Positions 31,129 through 40,892 of a DNA stretch of 64,000 nt are shown one piece after another; the first letter of the stretch is position 1; each line of letters begins with the position of its first letter. The notes under the pieces were generated by a model. It saw nothing but the letters and a program-made list of their open reading frames with translations. It was not told where the DNA came from and made no database searches. The DNA lies in contig QZKN01000001.1 in assembly GCA_003598175.1 (NCBI GenBank), forward strand, positions 41,695-105,694, read 5' to 3'. The position numbers and the translations under genes were made by a program. The stretch comes from Candidatus Omnitrophota bacterium (GTDB taxonomy: Bacteria > Hinthialibacterota > Hinthialibacteria > Hinthialibacterales > Hinthialibacteraceae).

Positions 31129-32124
31129 TTAAACATCATCCGGACCGGAAATGATCCGGGTAATTTTGATTGCATTGTGTTTACGGCTAATTCCAGGCTT
31201 GGCAAAATATCGATATTCGTTTCCGATTTGGATGACGAATTCCTCATTTTTCCGCGTATTCAGCTGAACCACGTCGCCTTCCGAGAGATCGAGCAATTCC
31301 CGCAAGGTGACATCACTCTTTCCGATATACGCCACGAGAGGAAGATCGACGCGGCGCAGACGATCCAGAAGCACTTCTGCGTCCTCTTCCGACAATTCTT
31401 TCTTCTCCGCCGCATACCAGGAAGTGCTGGATAGTTCGTTGGCGATTGGTTCCAACGTCGGATACGGAATGCAAAAAGAGAGAGTTCCGGAAATTTCCTG
31501 CATGGTTACTTCGAAGGTCATCAGAATAACCATTTCGGAAGGATAATAGAGTTGCATCAATAACTGTGGATTGGTTTCGGATTGTTCGAGAGATAAATTC
31601 AGGGGAATGACGGTCGCCCACGCCTCGTGCAACATGTCGAATGCGCGATAAAGGACCTTTTCGATAATCGTTTGCTCGATTTCAGTCAATTCGCGGTTTT
31701 TCTTGAAGACGTTCCCCCGTCCCCCCATCAAACGGTCGACAACCGGGAAGGAGAGAGTGGGCGATAACTCCATCAGCCCTTTCCCTTCCAACGGATCCAT
31801 ATTGATGATGCAGATTAACGTGGGATTGGGAATCGAACGAATGAATTCCTCGTAGGAGATTTGATCGACGGAAACGAGTTTCACTTCGACGATCGTTCGC
31901 ATAAACGCGGAAAGAGAAATGGAAAAAACCCGCGCGAAATGGTCGTGCAGGTTATGCATGGTTCGAATTTGATCTTTGGAAAACCGGTCCGGATGGTTAA
32001 AATCGTAAACTTTGACATCACGGACCTTCCCCTCTTCCTCCATATCCACATCGGCAGGGCCTTCACCGGTGGCAAATGCGGAGAGTAACGCATCAATTTC
32101 CGATTGAGAGAGAATATCCGCCAT
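31129..32124 (-). CDS. fliM: Flagellar motor switch protein
   Basis: ILSQSEIDALL, YDFNHPDRFSKDQIRT and ETNPQ. Confidence 0.95.
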   Translation of the reverse strand: MADILSQSEIDALLSAFATGEGPADVDMEEEGKVRDVKVYDFNHPDRFSKDQIRTMHNLHDHFARVFSISLSAFMRTIVEVKLVSVDQISYEEFIRSIPNPTLICIINMDPLEGKGLMELSPTLSFPVVDRLMGGRGNVFKKNRELTEIEQTIIEKVLYRAFDMLHEAWATVIPLNLSLEQSETNPQLLMQLYYPSEMVILMTFEVTMQEISGTLSFCIPYPTLEPIANELSSTSWYAAEKKELSEEDAEVLLDRLRRVDLPLVAYIGKSDVTLRELLDLSEGDVVQLNTRKNEEFVIQIGNEYRYFAKPGISRKHNAIKITRIISGPDDV

Positions 32125-32180
32125 AATCAATCATCCCATTCATCATTCCGCGCGATTCGTTCTCGGTATCCTTACGCCGT

Positions 32181-32711
32181 TTACGAGACAACCATTTGAG
32201 TCAGATTCACTCGAATGATTTCGGCCTTTTTCAATTCGAAGTTCAATTGGGTTTTGATTTCCGTTCGAATGGTGTTTCGGCCTTCCTGACTTTTCGTATC
32301 CGTCCAATTTTTTGTTTGTAGGATTTCACTGATCAAATCGAGAATCCGCGGCATTTTCGAGTTGGGATTTTCCGCATCCCCGATGCCCATTTCCTGCAAC
32401 GCTTCGGCTTCACTCGCGCCGGTTCGCGGTTTGATCTCGATCGAGATGGAGCAGGTCAGCAGTCGTTCACTATCCGGCGGCGCCAAATTCACGGTAAATG
32501 GAGTGGGAAACGTATAGACTCTGCCCACTTCATCACTCACTTTTATCGCGGGAAGCGGAGACTCCTCATCCGAACCGCTGAACATTTTCATGCCGACAAA
32601 ACCGATTATCCCTAAAATCACAATGAATATAATCAGGATATAAAGCATCTTACTTTTGGGTTGTTGCTCTTCCTGCGCTTCCGTCTTCACTTGATCGGCT
32701 GGATCACCCAT
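32181..32711 (-). CDS. fliL: Flagellar basal body-associated protein
   Basis: Single TM helix, FTVNL and the first position in the operon. AAGGAGGT RBS at 32726-32719. Confidence 0.85.
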   Translation of the reverse strand: MGDPADQVKTEAQEEQQPKSKMLYILIIFIVILGIIGFVGMKMFSGSDEESPLPAIKVSDEVGRVYTFPTPFTVNLAPPDSERLLTCSISIEIKPRTGASEAEALQEMGIGDAENPNSKMPRILDLISEILQTKNWTDTKSQEGRNTIRTEIKTQLNFELKKAEIIRVNLTQMVVS

Positions 32712-32760
32712 TTCATAAACCTCCTTAAGGCAAGTGGCACAACTTCAACATATCCGATAT

Positions 32761-32790
32761 ATTATAGTGGGTTAAAATTTTCCTTGTCAA
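32761..32790 (-). promoter_or_regulatory. Consensus sigma70 promoter of the fliL operon
   Basis: TTGACA (32790-32785), 18 nt, TATAAT (32766-32761). Confidence 0.75.
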
Positions 32791-33091
32791 GCATTTTTTT
32801 CCTCATTTTCGCTGAATCCCCATTTTCTCACGTTGGTGTTGCCGGCGGCGGCGCCTCCTTTTCGAAGAACGGAAAAGGCCGTCTTTCGGGAAAAAACAGA
32901 TAGACTGGTATTGAAATCGGATAACTTATCATTTTCCTGATCCGTTTTTGTTATAGAGCGCAAATGAAATTTGACCATTCTATTCACCATGCTTAAGCAA
33001 ATTACATGCCTGAAATAAAAGTGGAGATCGCTTGACCGCGAATACCTCTCTTGGATAGAATACACAACGTTTGCGAATGAAAGGATCACAC

Positions 33092-33724
33092 ATGCTGCTA
33101 AAACGATTATGCCTCCTCATTCTGCTTGGTGTAACATTCCTCACTTGTTCCACCTCGCAAAAAATCGCGATGGAACCTGCGAAAGTTCTGAATCGAGATG
33201 TATTCACCTGCAAAGGATTGACGGAAGATCAACGCTGGATCGGAGTGACCGACGAGTTTCTTCCCGAACAGGATGACAAGGTCGTCGTTGTGGCCCGTAT
33301 GTCTCCACAAGACCAGGATGCCATCGTAGCCTACGAATTGACCAATCCCATGCAAACCGTCGTCCTGACCGATGTGAAACGCTATCCCAAAACGAATATA
33401 CTCGGCATTTTTTATGATATGGACCGTCTGCTGAAACTCGGCGAGGAAGGCGAATGGAAAGCCAATGTGTATGCCGATGGAAATCCCATCGGACAAGCCA
33501 TCTTTTATATTGGTCCTAAACCGGAAACAACGGAGGAGGAAACCGGTCCCCGCTTTGTGTTCGTCGGTGAAGATTCTTCCACGGAAGAGGAATCGGATTT
33601 TCCCTTCGAAAGTATAAAAGACCGGTTTGGCTCGTATATTCATGAAGTAACGCCGGAATTGACCATTCCGGCAGTTGTCAAGGAAAGGCTGGCGCCGACA
33701 ACGATAGCGCCGGCTACTCAATAA
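33092..33724 (+). CDS. Hypothetical exported protein, possible lipoprotein
   Basis: Basic plus hydrophobic leader ending in FLT-C. Beta-rich domain followed by an acidic tail. Confidence 0.6.
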   Translation: MLLKRLCLLILLGVTFLTCSTSQKIAMEPAKVLNRDVFTCKGLTEDQRWIGVTDEFLPEQDDKVVVVARMSPQDQDAIVAYELTNPMQTVVLTDVKRYPKTNILGIFYDMDRLLKLGEEGEWKANVYADGNPIGQAIFYIGPKPETTEEETGPRFVFVGEDSSTEEESDFPFESIKDRFGSYIHEVTPELTIPAVVKERLAPTTIAPATQ

Positions 33725-33755
33725 ATCTCGCTATACATGGATCAACCGAGAAAAA

Positions 33756-34790
33756 ATGGAAATCTACTCACAAGAAATCCAGGACGAAAAAGATATCATC
33801 GCCACCCGTGATCGCGCGCGGGTGATTTGTGAAGAACTGGGATTTGGCATTACCCAACAATTGCAAGTGGCCACTTCCGTCTTCGAGTTAGGGAAAAATA
33901 TCCTGGAACATGGCGGGGGAGGCTCCATCTCGTTTTCCATCCTCACCGACGGCGATTCCATATCTCTGCAGGCCGAAGGACAGGATCACGGACCGGGATT
34001 GACAGATTCCCAAATCGAGGAACTGTTAAAATCCGGCTCCTCCACAACCGCGCTTCGCGGAGTTGCGGCCATGAAGCGTCTCATGGACAACATCGAGATC
34101 GAATCCGAACTCGATAAGGGAACTTGTATTCGATTGATCAAGAAGAAAACGCAATCGACAAAAAATTTAGCCCGCAATATCGTGAGTTTCCTTCAGCAAA
34201 AATTCTCGTCCCGAAAAAATCCCAGCCTATCCGAGGAATTGCGAATTCAAAATCTCAACCTGGTACAAACGCTCTCTCTCTACGAAGAAAAAAATCAGGA
34301 ACTGGAAGCCACCAACAAGGAACTGCTGGATTTAAAACTTCAATTGGAGAAATCCAACGCCGAGTTGCAGGATCGAACCTCCGAATTGCAGGAAGCCCTG
34401 CTTTCTCTCGGCGACCGCACCACCGAGTTGGAAGCCCACAATCGCCGGTTTTCCGCCGTGTTGGGACAGATGTCGGAAGGAATCGTCATCACCGATCGAT
34501 CGGGCGTCGTAACCACCGCCAACGATCAGTTTTGCACAATGTTCGATCGGGAAAACAAAAATGTGGTTGGTTTGAGCAAATCCGAGTGGTATACCATTCT
34601 CGGAAAAATCTGCGCCATGCAACCCGACGAATGGAACAAAACCTGCGCCTCTCTCGATCAAAATCCTCAGACGATCTTAACCTTTGGTCTGACTATGATC
34701 GGAAAAGAAAAATCGGCGCTGTCCTGCCGCACCACCCCCATCCTGGACGGGGAGACTAAACTCGTGGGACGGCTTTGGATTTTCGAATAA
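33756..34790 (+). CDS. RsbT-like HATPase domain, coiled coil and PAS domain, with no output domain
   Basis: ATSVFELGKNILEHGGGG, DHGPG and MKRLMD. PAS motif MSEGIVITDRSG..N..F. Stops at ...GRLWIFE. Confidence 0.75.
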   Translation: MEIYSQEIQDEKDIIATRDRARVICEELGFGITQQLQVATSVFELGKNILEHGGGGSISFSILTDGDSISLQAEGQDHGPGLTDSQIEELLKSGSSTTALRGVAAMKRLMDNIEIESELDKGTCIRLIKKKTQSTKNLARNIVSFLQQKFSSRKNPSLSEELRIQNLNLVQTLSLYEEKNQELEATNKELLDLKLQLEKSNAELQDRTSELQEALLSLGDRTTELEAHNRRFSAVLGQMSEGIVITDRSGVVTTANDQFCTMFDRENKNVVGLSKSEWYTILGKICAMQPDEWNKTCASLDQNPQTILTFGLTMIGKEKSALSCRTTPILDGETKLVGRLWIFE

Positions 34791-35040
34791 TGGTCTTCCT
34801 TATGCCCATCCCTGCTTTCCATGCGGTAGTCCTGTCTGTATACATTTATTAATTCTCCCGTCTTTTAGCCGAATGGTTGGATTCATTCCATTCATTCGAT
34901 CCTACACTACCGAATGTCACAGTATGTTCGTTCATCGATTCATTTTCCACAAAAGTGTGATAAAATAGCAAACGGGAATGTGAGCAGGATTGAGCGGAAT
35001 CTTTTTCTATTTTCTATTTTTCCACGTGGTGGGAGGATGA

Positions 35041-38000
35041 ATGAATTACAATCTTCTTGACATCATCGACATTGCGAAAAATCAAAAACTGATGAACAAC
35101 TTTTGTGATACGGTAGGTATCGCGGCCGCTGTCATCGATTTAAAAGGGAAGGTGCTGATCGGCTCACGATGGCAACGGATATGCACGGATTTCCATCGTG
35201 TGAACGAAAAAACCCTGGCCCGATGTATCGAGAGCGACACGAAATTGGCCAATACGATGGTGCGAGAACAAACGTATTCTCTCTACGAATGTTCCAACGG
35301 CCTGACCGACGCCGCCTCGCCCATCGTCATCGAAGGCGAACATGTGGCCAACGCGTTCGTGGGGCAGTTTTTCCTCCGTCCGCCGGATATTTCCTTCTTT
35401 CGACGTCAGGCGCGGGAATGCGGCTTCGATGAAGATGAATATCTGCTCGCATTGTCCGAAGCGCCGATCGTATCGGAACAAAAATTGCCCGCAATTCTTA
35501 ATTTTCTCACCACCCTGGCGGAAACAACGGCCGCCGTCGGCCTGGAACGCATTCGGCAACTGGAAACCGAAAAAGCGCTGCGGCATTCCGAAGCGTATTA
35601 TCATTCCCTCGTGGAAACTCTGCCGCAATGTGTTTTTCGCAAGGATTTGCAGGGATGTTTTACATTTGCGAATCGACAGTTTTGTTCCATCGTGGAAAAA
35701 TCCTTCGACGAGATCATCGGCAAAACCGATTTTGATTTTTATCCCCCGGAACTGGCGTCCAAATATCAAAAAGACGATCAATCCGTCGTGGCCACTGGCG
35801 CTATTTTTGAAACGGTCGAAGTCAATCAAAAACCGACTGGAGAAAAACTGTATGTACAGGTCGTTAAAACCCCCGTGCGGGGCGCCAAAGGTCAAATCAT
35901 CGGCGTGCAGGGGATCTTTTGGGATATTACGGAAAAGATATATGCGGAGAATCTGATCCGACTCAACGAATCTCGCCTGGAGGCTTTATTACAGTTAAGC
36001 GCGATGACCGACGCTTCGGTGAACGATATTACCCGTTTCGTCCTGGAAGAGGCGATCCGTTTGACCCAAAGTCGGATCGGTTATCTGGCTTTCGTCAATG
36101 AAGACGAAACCGAGTTGACCATGTATGCCTGGTCGAAAACGGCCATGGAGGAATGTAAGATTCTGGAAAAACCTCTCGTGTATCCGATAGAAACCACCGG
36201 GCTGTGGGGAGAAGCCGTTCGCCAACGAAAACCCGTCATAACGAACGATTACGCCGCGCCGAATCCGTGGAAGAAAGGATATCCCGACGGCCACGTGCAC
36301 GTGATTCGGCATATGAACGCGCCCATATTCGACGGCGACCGCATCGTCGTGGTCGCCGGCGTAGGCAACAAAGCCGCCGATTACGACGAATCCGACGTTC
36401 GTCAGCTGACCCTGTTGATATCCGGAATGTGGGGCATTTTAAAACGAAAGCAAAACGAGGATGAACTGAAGAAAAGGGAACAGACCCTGCAAACCACATT
36501 TCGCGCCGCCCCTATCGGCATCGGTTTCGTCAATAATCGGATATTAGGGTGGACCAATGAAACGTTACATAAATTAATCGGATATTCGGGAGAGGAATTG
36601 GAAGGACAAAACGCCCGCATTCTATATCCGTCACAGGAAGAATACGAACGGGTGGGAAGAGTGAAACATCCGCTGGTGTTGCGAGAGGGAAAAGGCAGCA
36701 TCGAGACCCAATTGCAGCATAAAGACGGTCAGGTCATCAATGTTCTTTTAAGTTCATCAGCCATCGTACCCGGCGACCTTTCCGCCGGATTGATTTTTAC
36801 GGTGCTGGACCTGACCGATCTCAGAAAAGTGGAAAAAGCGCGGGAACGATTGTTTACGTTGTCGATCGATATGTTATGCATTGCCGGATTGGATGGCTAT
36901 TTCAAGGAATTGAATCCCGCCTGGACCCAAACATTGGGATGGTCGAACGAGGAATTGCTGAGCAAACCGTGGCTTGAGTTTGTCCATCCGGAGGATTTTG
37001 CTAGAACGATTGAAGTGGGGGAGAACCTGAAAAAAGGCCAAACCGTCATTTCCTTTGAAAATCGATATCGCGATAAAAAAGGAAATTACCGCTGGTTGTC
37101 GTGGAATAGTTTTCCCATTCCCGATGAGGGAATCATCTTTGGCGTCGCGAGAGATATCACCGAGCACAAACAGTTGGAGGAAAAACTCCTGCAGTCCCAA
37201 AAAATGGAATCCATCGGAAAACTGGCGGGGGGAATCGCGCACGATTTCAACAATCTTCTCACCGCGATTTTGGGGTACAGTGAACTGTCGTTGAATCAAC
37301 TGCCGACAACGCATCCTCTCCAAAATTCTTTTGTCGAAATCAAAAAAGCCGGCGAACGAGCGATGAAACTCACCCGGCAATTGCTCGCGTTCAGCCGCAA
37401 ACAAATTCTTCAACCCTCCGTTTTGGATTTGAATCGTTTAATTCTCGATCTCGATCAAATGCTGCGGCGAATCATCGGCGAGGATATCGAATTCATCATC
37501 ATTCCTTATCCGGCCCTGGGTAAAGTCAAAGCAGATCTCGGCCAACTCGAACAAGTCATCATCAACCTTATCGTCAATGCTCGCGACGCCATGCCGACCG
37601 GCGGCAAACTCATTATCGAAACTAAAAATCTGGAATTGGATGAATCCTATGCCAAAGATCACATCGATGTAATCCCAGGCCCTTACGTCATGCTGGCTAT
37701 AAGCGACACCGGCTGCGGAATGCCTGCGGAAACGTTGCAACAAATCTTTGAACCCTTTTTCACGACAAAAGAAGTGGGAAAAGGAACCGGTCTCGGTCTC
37801 TCGATGGTTCATGGAATCATCAAACAAAGCGGGGGACATATCGCCGCCTACAGCGAAATGGGACAGGGAACAACGTTTAAGATTTATCTGCCGCGAATCG
37901 ACGAAATTCCCGTAACGGAAAAACCGGATCAAGGTCCGGCGATTGTGAAAAAAGGTTCGGAAACCATTTTAGTGGTGGAAGACGAGGAAATCGTCCGCCG

Positions 38001-38325
38001 CCTTCTCCACAATGTATTACAAAAACATGGTTATACGGTATTGACGGCCGGCTATTCCGCCGAAGCGTTTCAACTGGTCGAACAATATGGCGATCAGATT
38101 CATCTCCTGATCACGGATATCATTCTACCGCGGATCAGCGGCCGCGAAGTGGCGGAGCAAATCCAAAAATCCTATCCGCGAATCAGAGTATTATATATGT
38201 CAGGATACACAGACAACGCCATTGTTCATCACGGAATATTGAATGAAGGAATTGCGTTTCTGCAAAAACCGTTTACGCCGGATATATTGTTGCATAAAAT
38301 ACGAGAAATCCTCGATTCCCGCTGA
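35041..38325 (+). CDS. Hybrid sensor histidine kinase (PocR, PAS, GAF, PAS, PAS, HisKA, HATPase, REC)
   Basis: CTDFHR..C.NGL.DAA.PI PocR motif, AHDFNNLL H-box, GTGLGL and ILVVEDE receiver. Confidence 0.92.
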   Translation: MNYNLLDIIDIAKNQKLMNNFCDTVGIAAAVIDLKGKVLIGSRWQRICTDFHRVNEKTLARCIESDTKLANTMVREQTYSLYECSNGLTDAASPIVIEGEHVANAFVGQFFLRPPDISFFRRQARECGFDEDEYLLALSEAPIVSEQKLPAILNFLTTLAETTAAVGLERIRQLETEKALRHSEAYYHSLVETLPQCVFRKDLQGCFTFANRQFCSIVEKSFDEIIGKTDFDFYPPELASKYQKDDQSVVATGAIFETVEVNQKPTGEKLYVQVVKTPVRGAKGQIIGVQGIFWDITEKIYAENLIRLNESRLEALLQLSAMTDASVNDITRFVLEEAIRLTQSRIGYLAFVNEDETELTMYAWSKTAMEECKILEKPLVYPIETTGLWGEAVRQRKPVITNDYAAPNPWKKGYPDGHVHVIRHMNAPIFDGDRIVVVAGVGNKAADYDESDVRQLTLLISGMWGILKRKQNEDELKKREQTLQTTFRAAPIGIGFVNNRILGWTNETLHKLIGYSGEELEGQNARILYPSQEEYERVGRVKHPLVLREGKGSIETQLQHKDGQVINVLLSSSAIVPGDLSAGLIFTVLDLTDLRKVEKARERLFTLSIDMLCIAGLDGYFKELNPAWTQTLGWSNEELLSKPWLEFVHPEDFARTIEVGENLKKGQTVISFENRYRDKKGNYRWLSWNSFPIPDEGIIFGVARDITEHKQLEEKLLQSQKMESIGKLAGGIAHDFNNLLTAILGYSELSLNQLPTTHPLQNSFVEIKKAGERAMKLTRQLLAFSRKQILQPSVLDLNRLILDLDQMLRRIIGEDIEFIIIPYPALGKVKADLGQLEQVIINLIVNARDAMPTGGKLIIETKNLELDESYAKDHIDVIPGPYVMLAISDTGCGMPAETLQQIFEPFFTTKEVGKGTGLGLSMVHGIIKQSGGHIAAYSEMGQGTTFKIYLPRIDEIPVTEKPDQGPAIVKKGSETILVVEDEEIVRRLLHNVLQKHGYTVLTAGYSAEAFQLVEQYGDQIHLLITDIILPRISGREVAEQIQKSYPRIRVLYMSGYTDNAIVHHGILNEGIAFLQKPFTPDILLHKIREILDSR

Positions 38326-38340
38326 GCCCGGATCGAATTC

Positions 38341-39504
38341 TTACGTATCGCCGCCGCTCCGGCCGCATTTCCGAGAACGCCGGCGTTCCATCCCGTCAGG
38401 AACAGCCTTCCATCGCGCCATGAGCTCCACTATCGTTCGTCGAGCTCCCTCGCCGGCAACAATTCGTCTGGCCGTTTCGCCGAGTTTTTTTTGCAGCGAT
38501 TCATCTCCCCATAGTGTTATTAGACAATTCCTCAATTCATCGCCATCACGATTTTTCCCCCCATCACAAACCATCGCCGCTCCCCGTTCCCGCAACAAGC
38601 GACATACGGCGGTTTCCGCCTCCGTTCGCGGCAGCAGAATCAGCGGTTTTCCCTGCGACATAAATTCATACACAAGCAAGGAAAAATGCGTAACCACGAA
38701 TCGAGAACGGTTGAGCGCCTGCAGCCGCTCTCCCAACGTAACAGATCCGGCAATTATTTCATTCACCGGCATGGATTCCTTGAACTGCCGATATTTTAAT
38801 TCGCGAACATCGGCTAAAATCACGACTTCCTCGTTACACGCTGTTTGCAATTGGTTTGCGATTGCAAGTGAATCCTCCAGCGATATGGATTCGGTGACGG
38901 CTAGGCACGGTTTTAGTCCAATCTCTTGCAAGTCGGTTTTTTCATCAAAATAACAATCAGGCAGCGAAATGAATTCCTCGCCATGAATGCATTTCCCCAA
39001 CCGACTTGGCGGAAAAGAAACCGTTTCAAAGGCCGGAGGCGCAATCACGCCGGGCAAAAGCACCGCGTCCGCTCCGAATAAGGATTCCTCGAAACTTGAT
39101 CCCAATAGCACAAGCATGGTATGGGAATTGATTTCCCGCAATCGATTCGCCGAAGGCGCTTTGCACAAATCCGCAATCGTCAGGTCGGGCGTTTCCTGGG
39201 CGACAAAATCACCAAATGAGAGAGGTATTTCCCCGCCGGAGAGATCGATCCATTCGATTCCATTCCGTTTGATCGAATTCAACAAATCGCCGGCATTCGC
39301 ACAAGCCAACCGGATTTGCGCGCCGGTTTCTTTAAGAAGCGCTTCCACATACGCGAAGGCGCGTATGACGCGGGCAGGGAGATCGGGATGATCCGGATCG
39401 ATCCACAGCAGGATTATTTCCGGTTTTCCCTTCAATTCCTGCTCGTTTGGGGGTGATGGTTCTTCTTCTTTGTCCGTGAATAGGCGTTTCCAGAATTTGG
39501 CCAT
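38341..39504 (-). CDS. PseG/SpsG-like (GT-B fold) protein, divergent
   Basis: YEFMSQGKP.I and C-terminal GEGARR resemble the PseG/SpsG C-terminus. The N-terminal half is diverged. Confidence 0.5.
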   Translation of the reverse strand: MAKFWKRLFTDKEEEPSPPNEQELKGKPEIILLWIDPDHPDLPARVIRAFAYVEALLKETGAQIRLACANAGDLLNSIKRNGIEWIDLSGGEIPLSFGDFVAQETPDLTIADLCKAPSANRLREINSHTMLVLLGSSFEESLFGADAVLLPGVIAPPAFETVSFPPSRLGKCIHGEEFISLPDCYFDEKTDLQEIGLKPCLAVTESISLEDSLAIANQLQTACNEEVVILADVRELKYRQFKESMPVNEIIAGSVTLGERLQALNRSRFVVTHFSLLVYEFMSQGKPLILLPRTEAETAVCRLLRERGAAMVCDGGKNRDGDELRNCLITLWGDESLQKKLGETARRIVAGEGARRTIVELMARWKAVPDGMERRRSRKCGRSGGDT

Positions 39505-39545
39505 GATTGTAATTGTCCAGTTATTATCAAATTACCATTTAGTGG

Positions 39546-39568
39546 GTAGAGCAGGCATCCCTGCCTGC
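39546..39568 (+). repeat. GTAG REP-like hairpin
   Basis: GTAGA-GCAGGCA-TCCC-TGCCTGC. Confidence 0.6.
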
Positions 39569-39571
39569 GTT

Positions 39572-39832
39572 TTATTTACGATAAATATTCTTGCGATCAT
39601 CGATATCGATAACATAAACAATGAGCGCCTTATCATGAATTGAATAGACGATCCGATAATTCCCGGCGCGAACACACCAAAGATTATGATTTCCTTTTAA
39701 TTTTTTGACCCCGGAAGGACGCGGATCATAAACCAGGCTGTCAATTTTTTGAGAAATCCATTCTCTCGTTTTTTGATCGAGACGTGATAATGAGCGACGG
39801 GCTGAAGGAAGAATGCTGATTTGATAGGGCAT
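39572..39832 (-). CDS. RelE/ParE family toxin
   Basis: PRPSGVKKLKG...RAGNYRIVYSI.D and RKNIY. Confidence 0.9.
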   Translation of the reverse strand: MPYQISILPSARRSLSRLDQKTREWISQKIDSLVYDPRPSGVKKLKGNHNLWCVRAGNYRIVYSIHDKALIVYVIDIDDRKNIYRK

Positions 39833-39835
39833 CTT

Positions 39836-40096
39836 TCATGAAATTCCCAATTCTTTTTTCACTTCCTCCCAGGGAACCGGCTTTTCTCCATTCATTTCTA
39901 ATTCTTGAATGGCCGAATCTGCGAGAGCGCACAATCTTCGATCTTCCAACGCTTCCAGATAATCCAAATCTTCATACGACAACAGAGCATATTTTTTTCC
40001 GTTATAGCCGAAAATGATTCTCTCATCATCTTGAGAAATCTTCTTACAGAATAACTCTATATCGATTTGCATATTCTCTACTATTAAATGGGACAT
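39836..40096 (-). CDS. Antitoxin (Phd/YefM-like) partner of RelE
   Basis: ALLSYEDL..LE.LED and PVPWEEVKKEL. Ends 3 nt before the toxin start. Confidence 0.75.
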   Translation of the reverse strand: MSHLIVENMQIDIELFCKKISQDDERIIFGYNGKKYALLSYEDLDYLEALEDRRLCALADSAIQELEMNGEKPVPWEEVKKELGIS

Positions 40097-40227
40097 AATC
40101 TCGACCTTCGTAATACTTTAAAATAATATAGATAAGATTTTCTTGAAGTAAAGTGACATCAACCGTATATGAATTATACACGTTTTGAATCGGATTTGGA
40201 TAAAATCATGTTGAAAAATAGTAGGCA

Positions 40228-40473
40228 TCACACCGCCAAAGAAACCTGGATCGGTTTGGTGACGGGAAAACGGAGTTCCTCTTCCATCGGGATGTCTTCT
40301 CCCACCTCCTGCAATCCTTCCGGATAACACAAAATCGCTTCTTGAATGTTCTGTTCCGCTTCCTCAACCGTGCGGCCGTGCGAGTAACAACCAGGCAGAG
40401 CAGGAACGCTGACGATCAGCACACCATCCTCGTCTTTTTCGAACACAATCGTGTAGCGATAGGTTCTTTTCAT
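40228..40473 (-). CDS. HicB-family antitoxin, orphan
   Basis: VPALPGCYSHGRTVEEA..NI.EAI. No hicA neighbour. Confidence 0.85.
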   Translation of the reverse strand: MKRTYRYTIVFEKDEDGVLIVSVPALPGCYSHGRTVEEAEQNIQEAILCYPEGLQEVGEDIPMEEELRFPVTKPIQVSLAV

Positions 40474-40700
40474 CTTTTTTCACCCCGCATCGCGAGATTG
40501 GAAGACAAAATCCAAATCCAACATGATTTATCATTGAATGTTTTTCAAAGAAATCAAGAGAACCGGGAGAAAACGGGGAATTATCCGTTTTCGAATTTCA
40601 AACCTCGCCGAAATCCTGTTTGTGTTATAAAAAACAATAAAAATCACCTATGAAACGGCAATCTCCGTTTGAGCGGGATTCGGATGTGGAAACTCGTCCG

Positions 40701-40892
40701 TCATGACAACAAATCCCTCGCTTCTTCCGCGAACAGGAAATACAGCAACGCGCCGGCGATCGGAAAGGTGATGATAATCCCTGACCAGAATACTTTTTGC
40801 GCGAATGGGAGTTTCTTTTTCCAACAAGCGGCCAATCCGATCAAAATCGCCGCCACAAATACGATAAAAACGCCAAGCACCCATTTATCCAT
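40701..40892 (-). CDS. Small two-TM protein (PLDc N-terminal-like)
   Basis: KVFW..II..FPIAGALLY motif. Overlaps the topA stop by 8 nt. Confidence 0.6.
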   Translation of the reverse strand: MDKWVLGVFIVFVAAILIGLAACWKKKLPFAQKVFWSGIIITFPIAGALLYFLFAEEARDLLS

